Below, in pieces: positions 34,970-38,685 of a DNA stretch of 38,685 bases. The notes beneath the pieces are model-generated. The model was not told the DNA's origin, did no database searches, and worked only from the letters and a program-made list of their open reading frames with translations. Made by a program: the position numbers and the translations under genes. The stretch covers positions 1 through 38,685 of the forward strand of contig NW_021834936.1 in the NCBI RefSeq assembly GCF_006345805.1. Direction: 5' to 3'. Source of the stretch: Octopus sinensis. Taxonomy: Eukaryota. Positions within the stretch are counted from its first letter, which is position 1; each line of letters opens with the position of its first letter.

Positions 34970-35292
34970 TTTTATCTCTTACTTGTTTCAGTCATTAGAC
35001 TGTGGCCATGCTGGGGCACTGTCTTGAAGAATATTAGTTGAATCAACCGCAGACCTTTTTTTTTTCTTAAGCTTGGTATTTATATTGTCAGTCTCTTTTG
35101 CTAACTTTCGAAGTTATTGGGATATAAACACAGCAACACCGGTTGTCAAGCGGTGGTTGGAGGAAAAACACAAAAAATCAACTCACAAGACTTTGGTCAG
35201 TCTGAGGCTATAGTAGAAGGCACTTGTCCAAGGTGCCGTGCAGTGGGACTGAACCCAGAGCCATGTGGTTGGGAAGCAAGCTTCTTACCACA
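34970..35292 (-). mobile_element. SINE family B
   Basis: gactgtggccatgctggggcactg...gcagtgggactgaacccagagccatgtggttgggaagcaagcttcttaccac. Confidence 0.82.
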
Positions 35293-35734
35293 ACCCATCA
35301 TCAGGAGGCCCTGCAGGGTGCAAATATGCCTCGTGCTCAGTGTGTCGCACTGGCACCACAGCTGTGCTGAGTGAGAGGCATGGTTGCTAATGGAGAAAAT
35401 GAGACTCCTTAAGGCTGTGTACTTCCTGGGCTGAATGTGGAAGGTAGGACATTATTATAAGGATGCTATCAAACACCATTTCAATGAAGTGGAGATCCCG
35501 AGTGCAGCTGCGAGGAGGAGGAGGAGGAGGAGGAGAGCAACAGTTTGCAAACAATGGCTGAAGGCAATAAAGAAACGTGGAAGAAGGAGGAGGAGAAAGA
35601 AAATGTGAAACAGATTCAATAGAGCAGCAGAACCATCAAGGTTTGGGTCTCAGACTGAGGGGACTGAGGGAACTCTGTGTGTGTGGGTGTGTGTGGATAA
35701 CTACACGGCTTAAAAATAACAAGTACCGTAGTCA

Positions 35735-36300
35735 AGTCTTGTACAAACAGTTCTTGAAGAGCCGTTTGCACAGAAAGTCATGTTGCGTGATTCATGGGAT
35801 TTTGAGGGGTTGTTGCACTTTGAGCTTGTCGCAGACGGTCGTTCTGTGAATGCTAATCTTTATGCTCAACAACTGCGGTGAGTGTATGATGCGTTGAAAG
35901 CCCACTACTTAGCACTGGTCAACAGAAGGTGCACACTCCTTCAGCATGACAATGCCCCAGCACACACTACCAACTGTGACCAAGTGCTGCCTCACTTTGC
36001 CTACAGTCCAGACCTTGCACCATCAGATGACCACCTTTTCCAAGCCAGGGTTCATTTCCTCTATGGACAGTGGCTCAACAATGTGGATGAGGTTGAAAAC
36101 AGGTGCAGGGAGGTTTTTCTGGCCACTAAACCAGCCAAACGGTATAAGCGTTGAATTGAGATTCTGGCACAACAATGGCAACAGACAAAAGGATATGATG
36201 GAATATATTTGGATTCGTAAAAGCTTTTCAGATGTAATTCTATCTGAACATAAAAACTGAAATACCAAAAAACTTTTGACTCGATTTGATAGAATGCATT
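35735..36300 (+). mobile_element. Mariner transposase relic (catalytic domain to 3' end)
   Basis: RKVM..WDFEGLLHFEL...VNANLYAQQL, LLQHDNAPAH, AYSPDLAPSDDHLF. The Asp-Asp spacing is 25 rather than 34, consistent with an in-frame deletion; stops are present. Confidence 0.85.
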
Positions 36301-36647
36301 TCATTTTACTTTGTTATCCCCCAAGAAATGCATAAAAAAGAAAAAAAAAAGGAGGGGGGAACACCTCAGATCCTCTGTGTGAAGTTTTGGCCTCCCTTCA
36401 GCTAATTTTGTCCTTGGTGCTCACATGCTGAAATTGGGATGCATCTAACACGCCCGTGCACATTTAATGCCATCAAATACTGTAGATTATAGTGATGACG
36501 ATGATGTAGATGAAGGTGAACTAGTTGGTTGTTATGATGATGATGATGACTATGATGCTACTGATGCATTGGAAGATTTGGCTTCAGCACCGATAAAATG
36601 CTAAAGTTTTTGCAATAATTGACCAGCTTAAATTGCCTCGTTAAATC

Positions 36648-36870
36648 TTTTATCTTTCTCTTACTTCAATCATTAGACTGTGGCCATACTGGGGCACTGC
36701 CCAGAAGAATTTTCATTTGAAAGAATCGACCCTGGGACGTTTTATTTTAAACCTGGTACTTATTCTTTTGGTCTCTTTTGCTGAACCACTAAGTTACACA
36801 CCGACAACGGTTGTCAAGCGATGTTGGTGGGGACAAACACAAAGACGCACACACACACACACATATATAA
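36648..36870 (-). mobile_element. SINE family B, 3' half
   Basis: cattagactgtggccatactggggcactg...gttgtcaagcgatgttggtgggg. Confidence 0.78.
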
Positions 36871-36934
36871 AGGATAAAAATCGTTTCCGTGTCATACAAA
36901 CTGATAGGACTGGTTTCTGTGACGCACATATTAC

Positions 36935-37097
36935 CCCTGGATGAGATGCCAGTCCACTGCAGGATTATTCTCGAGCAGAACACTTTGAAATAAATTGCTT
37001 TGCTCAAGAACACAATGCATCACCCAGTCCAGGAATTGAAATCACAATCTTAAGATCACAAGTCCAACACCCTAACCACAAAGCCTTGTGCCTCCAC
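36935..37097 (-). mobile_element. SINE family C
   Basis: Reverse complement of the head at 16230 (gtggaggcac...gtggttagggtg). Confidence 0.75.
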
Positions 37098-37927
37098 AAG
37101 CAGAGCAAATTAAAGAAATTGTTGGTTTTGCAAATGTTGCAAGATCTTTTGTATAGAGTTGGAGGTCCCTGGTGGGAATGTTTCAACTGTATTGTCAAGC
37201 AGTTGAGGTGGGGACAAACACACACACACACACACACACCCACATATATATACACAGAGGGCTTCTTTTAGTTTCTGTCTACCAACTCCATACACAAGGC
37301 TGTAGTACAAGCCACTTGTCCAAGGTACCTGGAACCATGTGTGGTTGGGAAGCCAGCCCCTTAACGCACAGCCCCGCCTGCCTCTGGCTCTTGTCTGGGC
37401 ATCACATGTTCATTGTAAATGAACATCATCATCATCATCACCCAAGCAACATTGTTCATTTCCAATCTCCTGTGAAAAGCATGTCTTGGTATCGGGAAAA
37501 TGTTGTCTTGCTTGGCAACAGGTAAAGATTAGCATCAGAAAATCTGCCTCCACAAATTCTGCCTGACCCACACTAGCACAGGAAAGTGGACGTTAGATGA
37601 CAACGATGATGATGATGATGATGATGATGATTCTTATTGATTCTTTCATTCCTATTTTAGCAAGTATAATGAAGGCTGTGTTTAGCTGATGAGGTCAGAA
37701 TAATACTGGCATGTCAGCTTGTAGTTTCCTGTAACTTACCAAAATAATTAATAATTGGTCATTGATTAAGACTAATTGATTTACTTTCCTTTCTTCTATC
37801 CATCCAATAGACTTCAATACTTAAGGAATGATATCAAGTGGGTTGATATTTTTTTTATCTCACATTTTCTGAGAAACATTTTTACATGCATCTTTTGTCC
37901 CCCATGTTAACTAACGTTTGGTAAATA

Positions 37928-38302
37928 GGTGCCAGCATGGCATTGTGGTAAGAAACTTGCTTCCCAAATACATGGTTCCAGGCTCTGTCACACTGTGTGG
38001 CACCTTGGGCAAGTGTCTTCTATTATAGCCTCAGGCCAACCAAAGCCTTCTGAGTGGACTTGGTAGGTGGAAACTGAAAGAAGCCTGTTGTATATATACA
38101 GGGTGGCCCAAAAGTAGGTTCTCAGTTATCCCGTAGGCAATTTAAATTTCTTTTAAAACATTTTATTACATTTAAATTTCTATTTTACAATTAACTAAAT
38201 TAGCATAGAATTAATGGTTTCATATTTTTTTTATAATTAAGATCAAAACTGTGAATGTGAAAGAGAAAGTTGAATAACCGTAAACCTACATTTGGGCCAC
38301 CC

Positions 38303-38345
<43 letters not shown>

Positions 38346-38555
38346 TATGTGTATGTCTTTGAGTCTGTATTTGCTCTCCCCTCTTTCCCACATCCTGTCA
38401 CTTGCCGACCGGTGTTGGGGAATTGACATCCTTGTAAACTAGCAGTTCAGCAAAAGAGACCGATAGCATAAATACCACGCTTAAAAAGAAAAAGACCTGG
38501 AGCCAACTCAGTGATGCCCCAGCATGGCCACAGTCTAATGATTGAAACATAAAAG
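37928..38555 (+). mobile_element. SINE family B, split by a MITE
   Basis: Head at 37928, (TA/TG)n middle occupied by the MITE, tail ccagcatggccacagtctaatgattgaaac. Confidence 0.8.
38099..38304. mobile_element. Tc1/mariner-type MITE
   Basis: 21-bp TIRs CAGGGTGGCCCAAA(A/T)GTAGGT with 1 mismatch, TA duplication on both sides, 206 bp. Confidence 0.92.
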
Positions 38556-38685
38556 CTAGAAGACAGCTGTCTAGTTATTTCATTTTAGTTTAATGTAACC
38601 AAACATCATTTTGAACAGAAATTATGGGTTCTTTGTTTGAAATAGAAAAGGGAAGAAGGATTTGGCAACAAGGCTGAACCCAAAA

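Overview
Eukaryotic, repeat-rich genomic DNA. The SINE/LINE repertoire looks like a coleoid cephalopod, most likely Octopus (inference from repeat recognition, not verified). The window holds one host gene on the minus strand, an RNF144A/B-like RBR E3 ubiquitin ligase. Seven coding exons were reconstructed by hand (20952-20815, 18452-18348, 15848-15788, 14206-14088, 12389-12295, 2515-2371, 900-811; 753 nt = 251 codons, all GT-AG, phases consistent). The last transmembrane exon lies beyond position 1 and the 5' UTR exon(s) were not located. The rest is mobile DNA and tandem repeats: a frameshifted Tx1/L1-clade LINE ORF2, R4/Dong and RTE LINE remnants, several tRNA-derived SINE families, a non-autonomous Helitron, mariner/maT relics, piggyBac- and Tc1-type MITEs, and 19, 24, 28 bp and GA-rich arrays. 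Best leads: (1) a tRNA-headed element whose tail carries a Penelope-type minimal hammerhead ribozyme, inserted as a long inverted repeat (10005-10457); (2) a Tx1 LINE and a SINE family sharing a 3' terminal motif and (ATT)n ends; (3) a 26-copy minisatellite born from the transposase WVPHEL motif; (4) an intron whose polypyrimidine tract has become a 1.46 kb AG-free satellite. All alignments and counts were done by eye, and repeat boundaries are approximate.
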